Notes under the pieces: model-generated
Told to the model about the DNA's origin: nothing
What the model saw: the letters and a program-made list of their open reading frames with translations, nothing else
Databases searched by the model: none
Program-made: the position numbers and the translations under genes
Shown here: piece after piece, positions 17,923-27,221 of the stretch
Layout of the letters: each line of letters starts with the position of its first letter
How positions within the stretch are numbered: the stretch's first letter is position 1
Source: Alloacidobacterium sp.
GTDB lineage: Bacteria > Acidobacteriota > Terriglobia > Terriglobales > Acidobacteriaceae
Reading direction: 5' to 3'
Length of the DNA: 64,000 bases
NCBI RefSeq assembly: GCF_035631355.1
Contig: NZ_DASQIX010000001.1
Location: 17,011 to 81,010 of the forward strand

Positions 17923-19443
17923 ATGAGCCTGCGACGAATCCTCCACCTGGTGCTCACCAGCTTTATTGGTCAGGGCGTCAGTGTCATTACTCAGCTGCTC
18001 ATTCCGCCGTTTTTCCTGCATTTTTATGGTAATGGGGTGGAAGTCTATGGCGAGTGGATTGCCCTTTCGGCCTCCATCAGCTACCTGGGGACCCTGAACT
18101 ACGGCATCCAGACGTATGCGAACAACGAAACGACGATTCTCTACAACCGGGGAGAGGTCGAGGCGTCCAAGGCAGTGCAGTCCAGCGCGTTGCGCCTGAT
18201 GCTTTCACTGATTGCTCTTTTCATGACGGTAGGTTCAGCAGTCTTCTTGATGCCAGTGGCCGAGTGGCTTAATCTGAAGCACGTCAGCTCGCGCGACGCA
18301 TCTCTCACCATCTATCTGCTGATCGTTCAAATGGCCGTCTACATGCTATTTGCCTTGTTGGCCAGTAGTTACATGGTAGTCGGTAAGTTGCCGCGCGGCG
18401 CCCACATAGGCAATCTGCAGCGGCTCTGCATGGTCCTTGCCCTGAGTATTGCGATCTGGATGAGGGCCTCATTCCCGGTTCTGGCGTTGGTTCAGTTGGT
18501 CACGCTGACGCTGTTTCTGCTCTTGCTCACAATCGATCTTTATCGAACCGCGCCGATCCTGGTGCCTTCGCTTCGTTATGGCAGTTGGAAACAGGTGCTC
18601 GCAATCGTCAAGCCCAGCGGACATTTCATGCTGATCGCCTTTGCCAGCTTCCTCACCTGGCAGGGTCCCGTCCTGCTGATTCAGAAGGTCCTGGGGTCAG
18701 GCACTGTAGGCGTTTTCGCGCTGGTGCGGGTGGTTTTCCAGATGTCGCGCCAGATCCTCTCTGTCGCCAGCATGGCCGTCGGCCAGGACATTACCCTGCT
18801 TGTGGGGCAACGAAACTGGATCCAGTTGCGACGTCTATACGAGCTTTCCGAGCGCGTCGTGCTCTTCCTGATCCCAGTCGTCAGCATCGGCAGCCTCATG
18901 ATGTGCCCCTTCCTCTTCACCGTCTGGTTGCACAAGAGGACCTTGTATGAGCCAACTCTCTGCCTGCTCATGGCGATTACTTCCGCCGTCCTCGGCATCA
19001 AAGAGCACAAAACCCAATTCCAGTCATCCAGCAACGAGCATGAAGAGCTGTCGATCATCGCTGTCACCGGTTATTCCGTCATGCTGCTGGCATCCATCTT
19101 CACCATGAAGGCCTTCGGGCTGGTGGGCTTCATGTGTACCTGGCTCGCATGGGAGATTATCCAGACGGGCCTTATTCTGCGTTTGAACAGGCGGCTTTTC
19201 CCCGCTGGCCTGCACGTTTCCATGATGCCCATCGCGCGTCTGGCACTTTTTCTGTTTGTCGCCTTCGGACTTGTTGTTTGGCCTTCCTATCGAGAAGTCC
19301 ACTGGCCGCTCAGCACTGTTGTAGGGATCTCCGTCTTGGTAACCGCCGTCATGGGCACCGTGGCATATTTTTCCTTTGATTTGAGCGAAGTCCGATCCGT
19401 TGTCGAATCAAAAGTGCGGCGCAAGCTAGTTCCGAACCCCTAG
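17923..19443 (+). CDS. Wzx-like polysaccharide flippase / MOP superfamily transporter
   Basis: About 12-14 hydrophobic segments; N-terminal QLLIPPFFL..G..YGEWIAL..LNYGIQ flippase pattern. TATAAT at 17858. Confidence 0.75.
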   Translation: MSLRRILHLVLTSFIGQGVSVITQLLIPPFFLHFYGNGVEVYGEWIALSASISYLGTLNYGIQTYANNETTILYNRGEVEASKAVQSSALRLMLSLIALFMTVGSAVFLMPVAEWLNLKHVSSRDASLTIYLLIVQMAVYMLFALLASSYMVVGKLPRGAHIGNLQRLCMVLALSIAIWMRASFPVLALVQLVTLTLFLLLLTIDLYRTAPILVPSLRYGSWKQVLAIVKPSGHFMLIAFASFLTWQGPVLLIQKVLGSGTVGVFALVRVVFQMSRQILSVASMAVGQDITLLVGQRNWIQLRRLYELSERVVLFLIPVVSIGSLMMCPFLFTVWLHKRTLYEPTLCLLMAITSAVLGIKEHKTQFQSSSNEHEELSIIAVTGYSVMLLASIFTMKAFGLVGFMCTWLAWEIIQTGLILRLNRRLFPAGLHVSMMPIARLALFLFVAFGLVVWPSYREVHWPLSTVVGISVLVTAVMGTVAYFSFDLSEVRSVVESKVRRKLVPNP

Positions 19444-19481
19444 CGGTGAAATTGTGAATACCTGCCGAACGAGGGCCAGGC

Positions 19482-20498
19482 TTAGACCCCCGTCTCCAGC
19501 ACCACGCGGAATCGCGCCTTGCCGCTCATCATGCGCTCGTAAGCTTCCGGCGCGCGGTCCAGCGGATACTTCTCAATCAGCGGAAGCACTCCTGTCATCT
19601 CGCTGAACTTGAGCGTGTCTTCTGAATCGATTGCCGTCCCGCTCGGCCAGCCATGGATCGACTGCCGCTGCAAGATCAGCGGAATCGTCGATACCTGGAT
19701 CGGCTTGTCTGAGACGCCGAGAAGCACAAACTCTCCTGCGTAGCCCAGACCGCCAATCGCCGCCGACATCGCATCCGCATCGGTCACCGTGGACAAAACC
19801 ACTCTGGCGCCGCCCAGCTTCTGAAGCGACTCGGCGACATTCTCTGCAGTGCTGTTGATGTAATGGCGCGCGCCCAGCTCATGTGCGAATTTCGCTTTGT
19901 CCGCCCCGCGAGCGACGGCAACCGTATTGAAGCCCATCTTCGCCGCAAACTGCACGCCCAGATGTCCAAGCCCGCCCAGGCCCAGAACAGCAACCGTGTC
20001 TGGCGGCCTCGCTCCGGTATTGCGCAACGCATTGAAAGTCGTGATTCCCGCACAGAGCAACGGCGCCGCGTCTGCGCTCTTCAGCGAATCCGGCACCGCC
20101 GCCGGCGCATCCGCCGGAACGAGAATGTAGTCGGCATAGCCGCCGTCATAAGTCACGCCGGGAATCAGCGCGTTCTGGCAGGCAACCAGGTCGCCGCGCC
20201 GGCAAGGTTCGCACCGTCCGCAATGGCCGCCATACCAGCCCACGCCAACGCGCTGCCCGGCCTTCCACTGCGGAACACCCGTCCCAACCGCATCCACAAC
20301 GCCGATAACCTCATGCCCCGGCACTCGCGGATACGTAATGAAAGGGAAAAGTCCCTGAACCGTAACCGAGTCGCTGTGACAAACTCCGCACGCCTGCACG
20401 CGGATCCGCACCTCGTTTGCTTTCGGCTCGGAAACATCTCGCGTCACAATCTCTAATGCCGCACCACGCTTGGCAACCTGCACATATCTTCCCTGCAT
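19482..20498 (-). CDS. Zinc-dependent alcohol dehydrogenase
   Basis: CGVCHSD, GHEVIG, CGRCEPC..C structural Zn, LLCAGITTF, GLGGLGH. Confidence 0.93.
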   Translation of the reverse strand: MQGRYVQVAKRGAALEIVTRDVSEPKANEVRIRVQACGVCHSDSVTVQGLFPFITYPRVPGHEVIGVVDAVGTGVPQWKAGQRVGVGWYGGHCGRCEPCRRGDLVACQNALIPGVTYDGGYADYILVPADAPAAVPDSLKSADAAPLLCAGITTFNALRNTGARPPDTVAVLGLGGLGHLGVQFAAKMGFNTVAVARGADKAKFAHELGARHYINSTAENVAESLQKLGGARVVLSTVTDADAMSAAIGGLGYAGEFVLLGVSDKPIQVSTIPLILQRQSIHGWPSGTAIDSEDTLKFSEMTGVLPLIEKYPLDRAPEAYERMMSGKARFRVVLETGV

Positions 20499-20621
20499 AG
20501 GAATTCTCCTCAGCGTTGCATTATGTCAGACCTGTATGAGCAAAAGATGACGATGCCCCAGGATAAAGTGCAAAAGCTTGCACAGGCTGAAAACTCCCAG
20601 CCCCGGCGCTATACTCGCCCC

Positions 20622-21290
20622 ATGAGCCAGCATTTCTTCGACCTGATCCGCCAGGGAAAGACCGCCGAAATCGCCGAGGCCGTCAAAGCACAGCCGTCCG
20701 TCGCCAAATCGCGCGACGCGCAGGGAATCTCAGCGCTCATGCTGGCCATCTACACGCAGCAGCCCGTGATCCGCGACTTCCTGCTGGCGCACCTCACCGA
20801 TCTCGACATCTTCGAGGCCGCCGCCGTCGGCAACTGCGATCGCCTGCACCATCTCATCGCCGAAGACGCTATGTCCGCACGCACCGTCTCGACCGATGGC
20901 TGGACGCCTCTGCATCTGGCCGCCGCCTTCTCCGGCCCGGAACCGGTCACGCTTCTGCTCGAACACGGCGCGCACATACACCAGTTCTCCCACAACCCGC
21001 TGCGCAACCAGCCGCTGCACGCCTGCGTCTCACTGAACAACTCTCTGGAAGTTGTCCGCGTCCTGCTCGAAGGCGGCGCAGACGTAAACGCGAGCCAGCA
21101 TGGCGGATACACGCCCCTGCTCCAGGCCGCCGCCGCCGGCAAAAAAGACGTTGTATTGCTTCTGCTCGAACACGGCGCTCGCCCGGATTGCCTCTGCGAC
21201 CGCGGCAAGTCAGCCGCCGACTACGCCGGCGAGCGCGGCCACGCGGAAGTAGTCGAGATTCTGGCGTCGTATGCACCAAAGCCCGCATGA
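20622..21290 (+). CDS. Ankyrin repeat protein
   Basis: Repeated GxTPLHxAA units (GISALMLA, GWTPLHLAA, RNQPLHAC, GYTPLLQAA). Start trimmed to ATG 20622. Confidence 0.85.
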   Translation: MSQHFFDLIRQGKTAEIAEAVKAQPSVAKSRDAQGISALMLAIYTQQPVIRDFLLAHLTDLDIFEAAAVGNCDRLHHLIAEDAMSARTVSTDGWTPLHLAAAFSGPEPVTLLLEHGAHIHQFSHNPLRNQPLHACVSLNNSLEVVRVLLEGGADVNASQHGGYTPLLQAAAAGKKDVVLLLLEHGARPDCLCDRGKSAADYAGERGHAEVVEILASYAPKPA

Positions 21291-21337
21291 GTGCAGTTCT
21301 GATTCGAAATACAGGTCAAGACCATCTAAGTGACGAT

Positions 21338-21370
21338 GGCCCATTCAAGCTTCTTTTGGCTTGAGTGGGG
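21338..21370 (+). repeat. REP-like palindrome (CCATTCAAGC family)
   Basis: GGCCCATTCAAGCTTCTTTTGGCTTGAGTGGGG; matches the 14468 and 14955 copies. Confidence 0.7.
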
Positions 21371-21392
21371 TTGGACAATAACGGAGGTTCCT

Positions 21393-21863
21393 ATGGAAAA
21401 GGCAACGTTTGGGGCTGGTTGTTTCTGGGGAGTGGAAGTGGAGTTCAGCCGGATCCCGGGTGTTCTCGAAACTGCGGTCGGCTATGAAGGCGGCAAGTTC
21501 GACAATCCCACCTACAAAGATGTCTGTACCGACGCAACCGGCCATGCCGAAGTCGTCGAGTTGACCTTCGATCCGGCCAAAGTCAGCTATGAACAACTGC
21601 TCGAAGCGTTCTTCTCGCTGCACGACCCGACTCAGCTCAACCGCCAGGGCCCGGACTGGGGCACGCAATATCGTTCAGTTGTCTTCTACCACTCGCCCGA
21701 GCAGGAAGCAGCGGCGAAACGTGTCATCGAAAAACTCGCCGCCGAAAAGAAGTTCTCGAAGCCCATCGTCACGCAGGTAGTCCCGGCACAATCTTTCTGG
21801 CGCGCTGAGGAATACCACCAAAAATATCTCGAGAAGCGCGGCCTGGCCAGCTGCCACATCTAA
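21393..21863 (+). CDS. msrA: Peptide methionine sulfoxide reductase A
   Basis: GAGCFWG, GHAEVV, HDPTQLNRQGPDWGTQYRS, AEEYHQKY; GGAGG SD. Confidence 0.97.
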   Translation: MEKATFGAGCFWGVEVEFSRIPGVLETAVGYEGGKFDNPTYKDVCTDATGHAEVVELTFDPAKVSYEQLLEAFFSLHDPTQLNRQGPDWGTQYRSVVFYHSPEQEAAAKRVIEKLAAEKKFSKPIVTQVVPAQSFWRAEEYHQKYLEKRGLASCHI

Positions 21864-21877
21864 ATCTGGCATGTTCC

Positions 21878-21916
21878 CTGCAGAAAACCCTCGGCTGGGC
21901 CGAGGGTTTTCTGCAG
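21878..21916. terminator. Long perfect hairpin / bidirectional terminator between msrA and etfA
   Basis: CTGCAGAAAACCCTCGGC-TGG-GCCGAGGGTTTTCTGCAG, 18-bp stem. Confidence 0.75.
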
Positions 21917-22092
21917 ATGCAATCGAGCCCTAGGGGATATTCATTTTTAGCGTGACTACAACCTTTTTGGCTTTCGCGGGATCCTCTGCGAAAACCCTGC
22001 GTTCTCTGTGTCCTGTGTGGTGAAAAACAGCGTGGTCATCTACGTTTTGAGTAAAAGCACCGGCCTTTAGAGTTGCTGAAAAGGCGCTGTCT

Positions 22093-22110
22093 CGTAAGGG
22101 CACGGCTTCA
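22093..22110 (-). repeat. Partial GGCTGAAGCC-type REP element
   Basis: Reverse complement TGAAGCCGTGCCCTTACG matches 43977-43994 at 17/18 positions. Confidence 0.6.
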
Positions 22111-22124
22111 ACTCAAATTTATGC

Positions 22125-23108
22125 TCAAGCTTTGGCCTTCTTAATCTCTTCCGTCAGCGCAGGCACCACATCGAACAGGTTCCCAACCACGCCTACGTCC
22201 GCGATCTCAAAGATTGGAGCTTCGGGGTCTTTGTTTACGGCGACAATGGTGCGCGAGCCTTTCATGCCGACAATGTGCTGAATTGCCCCGCTGATGCCCA
22301 GCGCGAAATATAGCTTTGGAGCCACTGTCTGGCCGGAGCTGCCGATTTGCCGTTCGAGAGGGAGCCAGCCGTTATCGCAGATAGGACGGGAAGCTGCGAC
22401 CTCTCCGCCAAGCGCTTTGGCCAGCTCTTCGGCAAGGGCAAGATTTTTCTGCTCCTTGATACCGCGTCCGACCGCGACGATAACTTCCGACTGCGAAAGA
22501 TCGACTGCCTGCTTTGCCTCCTGAAAGACCTCATGTGGAGTGACGCGCGGCGCGCCATCTGCAACCGCCGCAGTTACATTTTCAACCGGCGCTGATCCTG
22601 CTTCCGCCTGATCGCCACGGAACGCGCCAATCTGGAAGGTGGCTAGCCAGGGCGCGTCTCCGGCAAAGGAAACATCGGCGGCGAACTTTCCCTGAAACAT
22701 CTGGCGCGTGAACAGCAGCTTGCCGTTCTCATGCTTATAACCGACGGCGTCGGAAATCAGCGAACGGTCAAGTGCCAGCGCCAGACGCGGCGCAAAGTCG
22801 CGCACCTGGTAGGTATGCGGAAAGAGCACCAACTTTGGTTGATTGTTGGCGATGAACTGTTTCAGCGCAAAGACATAAGCGTCCGATGTGTATGCGGCGA
22901 GTGCTGGAGCTTCCAGCGCATAAACGCGAGCGATGGCCTTGCCTGCCAGTTCCTGCGCGAGCGCGCCAATGCCGCTGCCCGCAAGCGCAACTTCCACCGG
23001 CCAGCCTGTTTCTTTCGAGATGGCCTGCGCGCCGGCAATGGTTTCAAAGGAGACGCGGTTGAGTTTGCCTTCCCGCTGTTCCGCAACGACAAGAATATTG
23101 TCCGCCAT
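22125..23108 (-). CDS. etfA: Electron transfer flavoprotein alpha subunit
   Basis: VIVAVGRGI, VAASRPICD..QIGSSGQTVAP, GISGAIQHIVGM, VNKDPEAPIF. Confidence 0.96.
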   Translation of the reverse strand: MADNILVVAEQREGKLNRVSFETIAGAQAISKETGWPVEVALAGSGIGALAQELAGKAIARVYALEAPALAAYTSDAYVFALKQFIANNQPKLVLFPHTYQVRDFAPRLALALDRSLISDAVGYKHENGKLLFTRQMFQGKFAADVSFAGDAPWLATFQIGAFRGDQAEAGSAPVENVTAAVADGAPRVTPHEVFQEAKQAVDLSQSEVIVAVGRGIKEQKNLALAEELAKALGGEVAASRPICDNGWLPLERQIGSSGQTVAPKLYFALGISGAIQHIVGMKGSRTIVAVNKDPEAPIFEIADVGVVGNLFDVVPALTEEIKKAKA

Positions 23109-23157
23109 ACACACCTCAGGGGAGCAGAAGCTCCCCTTTTGTTCAAACTAAGTGAAT

Positions 23158-23202
23158 TGTCATCCTGAGCGTAGCGCCGCAGGCGCGAAGTCGAAGGATC
23201 TG
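23158..23202 (+). repeat. TGTCATCCTGAGCG...GAAGGATC interspersed repeat
   Basis: TGTCATCCTGAGCGTAGCGCCGCAGGCGCGAAGTCGAAGGATCTG, with an internal hairpin. Confidence 0.65.
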
Positions 23203-23211
23203 TTTTTCAAA

Positions 23212-23496
23212 TTACAGACTGGCAAACTCCGGGCGTCCGCGCTTCAGGACAGTTCCCCAGATTCCGAAGACCACCGCCAGCACTGCCGCAAGAATGTTGT
23301 AGTACAACATGGGATGCACCCAGCCGGGCGAGTAGGTCGCGTCCTGCCCGGACCACAGTAGAAGCAGCACGGCAAAGAAAACAAACTGCCCGGAAATGAT
23401 ATGCAGCGTCAGCCCCCACTGGCGGCGCTTGTCGAGTGCGGCTACCTGATCGGGTGTCAGGGTGCGTTCCTCGGCAGGGATGTTCATATTTGCCAT
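23212..23496 (-). CDS. Small two-helix membrane protein between etfB and etfA
   Basis: 94 aa, two hydrophobic segments, GGAGA SD, co-oriented within the etf operon. Confidence 0.65.
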   Translation of the reverse strand: MANMNIPAEERTLTPDQVAALDKRRQWGLTLHIISGQFVFFAVLLLLWSGQDATYSPGWVHPMLYYNILAAVLAVVFGIWGTVLKRGRPEFASL

Positions 23497-23530
23497 GTGC
23501 TCAAGTCTCCTGAAATTTCTGTGACAACCA

Positions 23531-24301
23531 TTAAATCACGCGCGCGGTGTTTTTGAGATATTCCGTTACCTTGCGCGCCACTTCCGCCGGGGGCCCCTCG
23601 ATCATTTCGGTCTTTTTCCGCTTTACCGGAACGTAGAGGCGCTCAATCTGCTGCAGGTTCTTGCTCAGTTTCGGTTCAACTTCCGCCCAGGCGACTTTGC
23701 GCAGCGGCTTGTTCTTGGCCTGCTTGATGCCGATCAGGCTGGCATAGCGCAGCTTGTTGATGCCGCTCTGGATGGTCAGCACAGCGGGCGTCGGCATCTC
23801 AATGAACTGGTAGTGCCCGGCTTCTAATTCTCTTTTCAGATGAAGCCCGGAATCGGTCTTCTCAATCCCGATGATGATGGTGGCGTGGGGCAGTCCCAAA
23901 ATCTCGGCCAGCAGAACGCCTGTCTGCGCCGCGCCGAAATCGTCGGATTGCAGGCCGGTCACGATGAGGTCGAAGTTTTCCTCGGACACGGCTGCGGCGA
24001 TTGCCCGCGCTGTGTTGCTCGAGTCAAGCTGAACAAACTTGTCGTCTTCAAGATGGATGGCCCGGTCCGCGCCCTTGGCCAGTGCCTCGCGTAAGACCTG
24101 CTGCGCCCGCACAGGGCCGGCGGTGATCACGACAACCTCGCCGCCATGCTTTTCCTTCTGGCGAAGCGCCTCTTCGAGGGCATAGGCGTCGGGCTCATTG
24201 ACCTCGTAGGAAACATCTTCGCGAATCCATGTGCCAGACTCGTTCAGCTTCAGCGGCGCGTCCTTCTGAGGGACCTGCTTGATGCAAACCAGAATCTTCA
24301 T
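23531..24301 (-). CDS. etfB: Electron transfer flavoprotein beta subunit
   Basis: MKILVCIKQVP, VNEPDAYALEEAL, ALAKGADRAI, GLQSDD. Confidence 0.96.
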   Translation of the reverse strand: MKILVCIKQVPQKDAPLKLNESGTWIREDVSYEVNEPDAYALEEALRQKEKHGGEVVVITAGPVRAQQVLREALAKGADRAIHLEDDKFVQLDSSNTARAIAAAVSEENFDLIVTGLQSDDFGAAQTGVLLAEILGLPHATIIIGIEKTDSGLHLKRELEAGHYQFIEMPTPAVLTIQSGINKLRYASLIGIKQAKNKPLRKVAWAEVEPKLSKNLQQIERLYVPVKRKKTEMIEGPPAEVARKVTEYLKNTARVI

Positions 24302-24351
24302 AGGTGAACGCGTCAGTATATCGGATTTTGAAAACTGCTTGCAGTGCGCCG

Positions 24352-25113
24352 TTACGATTCTGCAGTCTGTGTGTCGTCGGACGCGGATGCCCTAAGCGCG
24401 CACAAAAGCACATGTGATGAAGTGGTTAGAGGGTGCAGCCAGCTTTTTCCGGGGCGATCATCAGAAGTTGGCAAAGTCCAGACCTTGTCTGCCCAGGCCG
24501 CCACCTGTCGATAGGAGTCAAACACGCTATAGGAATAATAAAGACCGTCGCCCTCGCTGATGCGGAACATTTTCCCTCGTGTTTGCAGATACCTGGCGGC
24601 ATTCCAGAGGTGGGCTTTGTAAAGCGCCAGCTTCAAGAGCCGCACGGAGTAAGACCTCCCCTGACCAAAGCGATTGGAATCGGAGATGAACACGGCTTTT
24701 CGCGCAACGCGCAGCATCTCGGCTACAACCTTGTCGGGTCGGGCCACATGGTGGAGAACGCCGCATTCGAACACCGCATCAAATGATTTATTTTCGAACG
24801 GCAGAGATGTACCGCTGCCTTCGATGACAAGACCACTGGGCACTCCCTGCTGTTCGCCTTGTTCAATCAGTTTTCTCACCGGCTCAATACCGTGTACATC
24901 GGTTTTCCCTCTGGCCAACAGATAGCGCACGCCTCTGCCGGTACCGGCACCTACATCGAGAAATGAATGAAGTTTGAGGGTTTCACTGATAGCATCGATG
25001 AATTCGAGCGCAATGTAGTGTTCGGCGTCTTCATCCGACGTGTGCGTCTCGTCGTAGGAACTGGCCGTTCTCTCGTAATAGGCCGCCTGGACTTGCTCGG
25101 GGGTCAGGGGCAT
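24352..25113 (-). CDS. Class I SAM-dependent methyltransferase
   Basis: FLDVGAGTG, GIEPV, LPFENKSFDAV, VLHHV..EMLRV; GGAGG SD before ATG 25113. Confidence 0.85.
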   Translation of the reverse strand: MPLTPEQVQAAYYERTASSYDETHTSDEDAEHYIALEFIDAISETLKLHSFLDVGAGTGRGVRYLLARGKTDVHGIEPVRKLIEQGEQQGVPSGLVIEGSGTSLPFENKSFDAVFECGVLHHVARPDKVVAEMLRVARKAVFISDSNRFGQGRSYSVRLLKLALYKAHLWNAARYLQTRGKMFRISEGDGLYYSYSVFDSYRQVAAWADKVWTLPTSDDRPGKSWLHPLTTSSHVLLCALRASASDDTQTAES

Positions 25114-25292
25114 TTTTGTTGCCTCCAGAGGCAATGCATTAGTGCAGGGTGCAAAACAAACGAACTTGTGAGGCAGGTTATGGCGGCGGGTTGGTAAAGT
25201 CAACGTGGACGGGCGAATATTCATAATGATTCGCGCGTAGAAGCAGGGCTTTGCGGCTCCTTAGAAGATACGAATGCTATCCTCCTGTCATC

Positions 25293-26645
25293 ATGCAGAC
25301 GAGAATTTCGATATGCATTGCGGCAGCGCTGCTCGCAGCGCCGGCGGTGCAGGCCCAGCAGTTGTCCGAGCCCGAGAAAGCTATGGTCAGCTACATTCAG
25401 ACCAACGAGAAGTCCTCAAACGAACTGCTGCAAAAGCTGGTTGAGATCAATAGCGGTACGCGCAACCTTGAGGGCGTACGCGCCATTGGCAAAATTATGA
25501 TGGCGCAGCTCAACGACCTCGGCTTCCAAACCAAGTGGATTCCAATGGACGATGTCAAGCGTGCTGGTGTGCTGGTCGCAGAACATCCTTGTCCTGAAGC
25601 GGGCAAATGCGGCAAGCGCATGCTGCTTATTGGCCACATGGATACGGTCTTCGAGAAAGACAGCTCTTTTCAGCACTACACCGTAAGCGGGAATACAGCT
25701 ATGGGTCCAGGTGTCAATGACATGAAGGGCGGCCTCGTGATCATGCTCTTCGCGCTCAAAGCGATGCAGGCTGCCGGAGTGCTCAAGCAGACTGATATCA
25801 CCATCGTCCTCAGTGGAGATGAAGAGGCGCACGGCGAACCCGCCAGCATTTCGCGCCGTGACATGATCGCCGCAGCCAAGCATAGTGACGTGGCTCTCGA
25901 ATTTGAAGGCACAGCACGGGTCAATGGCGTCTTCTACGGTAGCATCAGCCGCCGCAGCGCCATCACCTGGCATTTGAAAGCCACCGGCGAGACCGGTCAC
26001 TCGTCCGGAATCTTTTCCGAAAGCAAAGGCTATGGCGCGATCTATGAAGTGACACGCATCCTTAACGCCTTTCGCACGCAACTCCCGGAGAAATACCTGA
26101 CTTACAACGTGGGGCTTGTTCTTGGGGGCGCGACGGTGGATGTAGGCGGCGAAGGCATCTCGGGCAGCGCCACCGGCAAGGACAACATCATTCCGCCAAC
26201 TGCCTATGCCAGCGGCGATATCCGTACTATTTCCAACGAGCAGACTGAGCGCGTCGAGGGGAAGATGAGGGCCATTGTTGCAGAACACCTGCCGAAAACA
26301 AACGCGAACATCGAATTCGGCGAAGCCTATCCAGCGATGGCCCCTACTGAAGACAGCCGCGCGCTGCTTCGCATGTTGAACGGAGCAAACAAGAGCCTCG
26401 ACTTTCCTGAGATGCCGGAACTCGACCCAATGAAGCGCGGCGCAGGCGACATCGCATTTGTTGCCGATTATCTGCCTGGGCTCGCAGGGATCGGAGCGAC
26501 CGGAGAAGGCGCGCACGCTCCCGGCGAGACGGTCGATCTCTCAGCGCAGCCGATTAACACGGAGCGCGGCGCTCTGCTGATGTATCGACTGAGCAGAATC
26601 GATGCGAAAGCCGACCTGAAATCGCTCTATCCGGCGGCAAAGTAG
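25293..26645 (+). CDS. Secreted M20 family metallopeptidase (carboxypeptidase G2-like)
   Basis: Signal peptide ending VQA; LLIGHMDTVF, GPGVNDMKGG, DEE, HAPGE. Confidence 0.9.
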   Translation: MQTRISICIAAALLAAPAVQAQQLSEPEKAMVSYIQTNEKSSNELLQKLVEINSGTRNLEGVRAIGKIMMAQLNDLGFQTKWIPMDDVKRAGVLVAEHPCPEAGKCGKRMLLIGHMDTVFEKDSSFQHYTVSGNTAMGPGVNDMKGGLVIMLFALKAMQAAGVLKQTDITIVLSGDEEAHGEPASISRRDMIAAAKHSDVALEFEGTARVNGVFYGSISRRSAITWHLKATGETGHSSGIFSESKGYGAIYEVTRILNAFRTQLPEKYLTYNVGLVLGGATVDVGGEGISGSATGKDNIIPPTAYASGDIRTISNEQTERVEGKMRAIVAEHLPKTNANIEFGEAYPAMAPTEDSRALLRMLNGANKSLDFPEMPELDPMKRGAGDIAFVADYLPGLAGIGATGEGAHAPGETVDLSAQPINTERGALLMYRLSRIDAKADLKSLYPAAK

Positions 26646-26655
26646 AATCTTCGAT

Positions 26656-27216
26656 ATGTCAGACAATTCGCAATTTCCCGATGCCGTACTCGCGCGCGCC
26701 AGAAAAATCAAGCTCTTCCTCATGGATGTGGACGGCACTCTTACTGATGGTGGCGTGTGCCTTATCTCTCTGCCGGAAGGCGGCCCGATTTCCGAGATGA
26801 AGGTCTTTAATGCGAAAGACGGAGCGGGTCTGACGCTTGCGCACATCATGGGGATCAAAACCGGCTTTATCACCGGTCGCAAATCTCCTGCAGTCCAGCA
26901 GCGCGCAAATGAGGTTCATGTGGACTATGTCTATCTCGGGCAAGCGAAGAAAATGGCGGCTTTTGAAGAGTGCATGAAAAAAGCCGAGGTCACTGAAGAA
27001 GAGACCGCCTACATGGGCGACGATTTGCCCGATCTGCCACTCGCCAAGCGCGCAGGACTGGCCATCGCTGTTGCTGACGCTGCTATGGAGTTCAAAGCAG
27101 CTTGCCATTTCGTGACCCGTGCTTGTGGCGGTGAAGGCAGCGCGCGTGAGGTGATTGAACTGATTCTGAAAGCGCAGGGCCGCTGGGAAGAAGCGATTCC
27201 CAAAGCGCTGGCTTAG
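26656..27216 (+). CDS. kdsC: KDO 8-phosphate phosphatase-like HAD hydrolase (YrbI family)
   Basis: LMDVDGTLTDG, FNAKDG, ITGRKS, K, YMGDDLPDL, GGEGSAREVIELIL. Confidence 0.85.
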   Translation: MSDNSQFPDAVLARARKIKLFLMDVDGTLTDGGVCLISLPEGGPISEMKVFNAKDGAGLTLAHIMGIKTGFITGRKSPAVQQRANEVHVDYVYLGQAKKMAAFEECMKKAEVTEEETAYMGDDLPDLPLAKRAGLAIAVADAAMEFKAACHFVTRACGGEGSAREVIELILKAQGRWEEAIPKALA

Positions 27217-27221
27217 CACAC

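Noticed and set aside
21330-21392. Longer msrA start (MTMAHSSFFWLEWG)
   Set aside because: It reads through a REP-like element; a GGAGG SD supports ATG 21393.
23152-23361. ORF MNCHPERSAAGAKSKDL...
   Set aside because: It is the translation of the TGTCATCCTGAGCG repeat and is antisense to a better gene.
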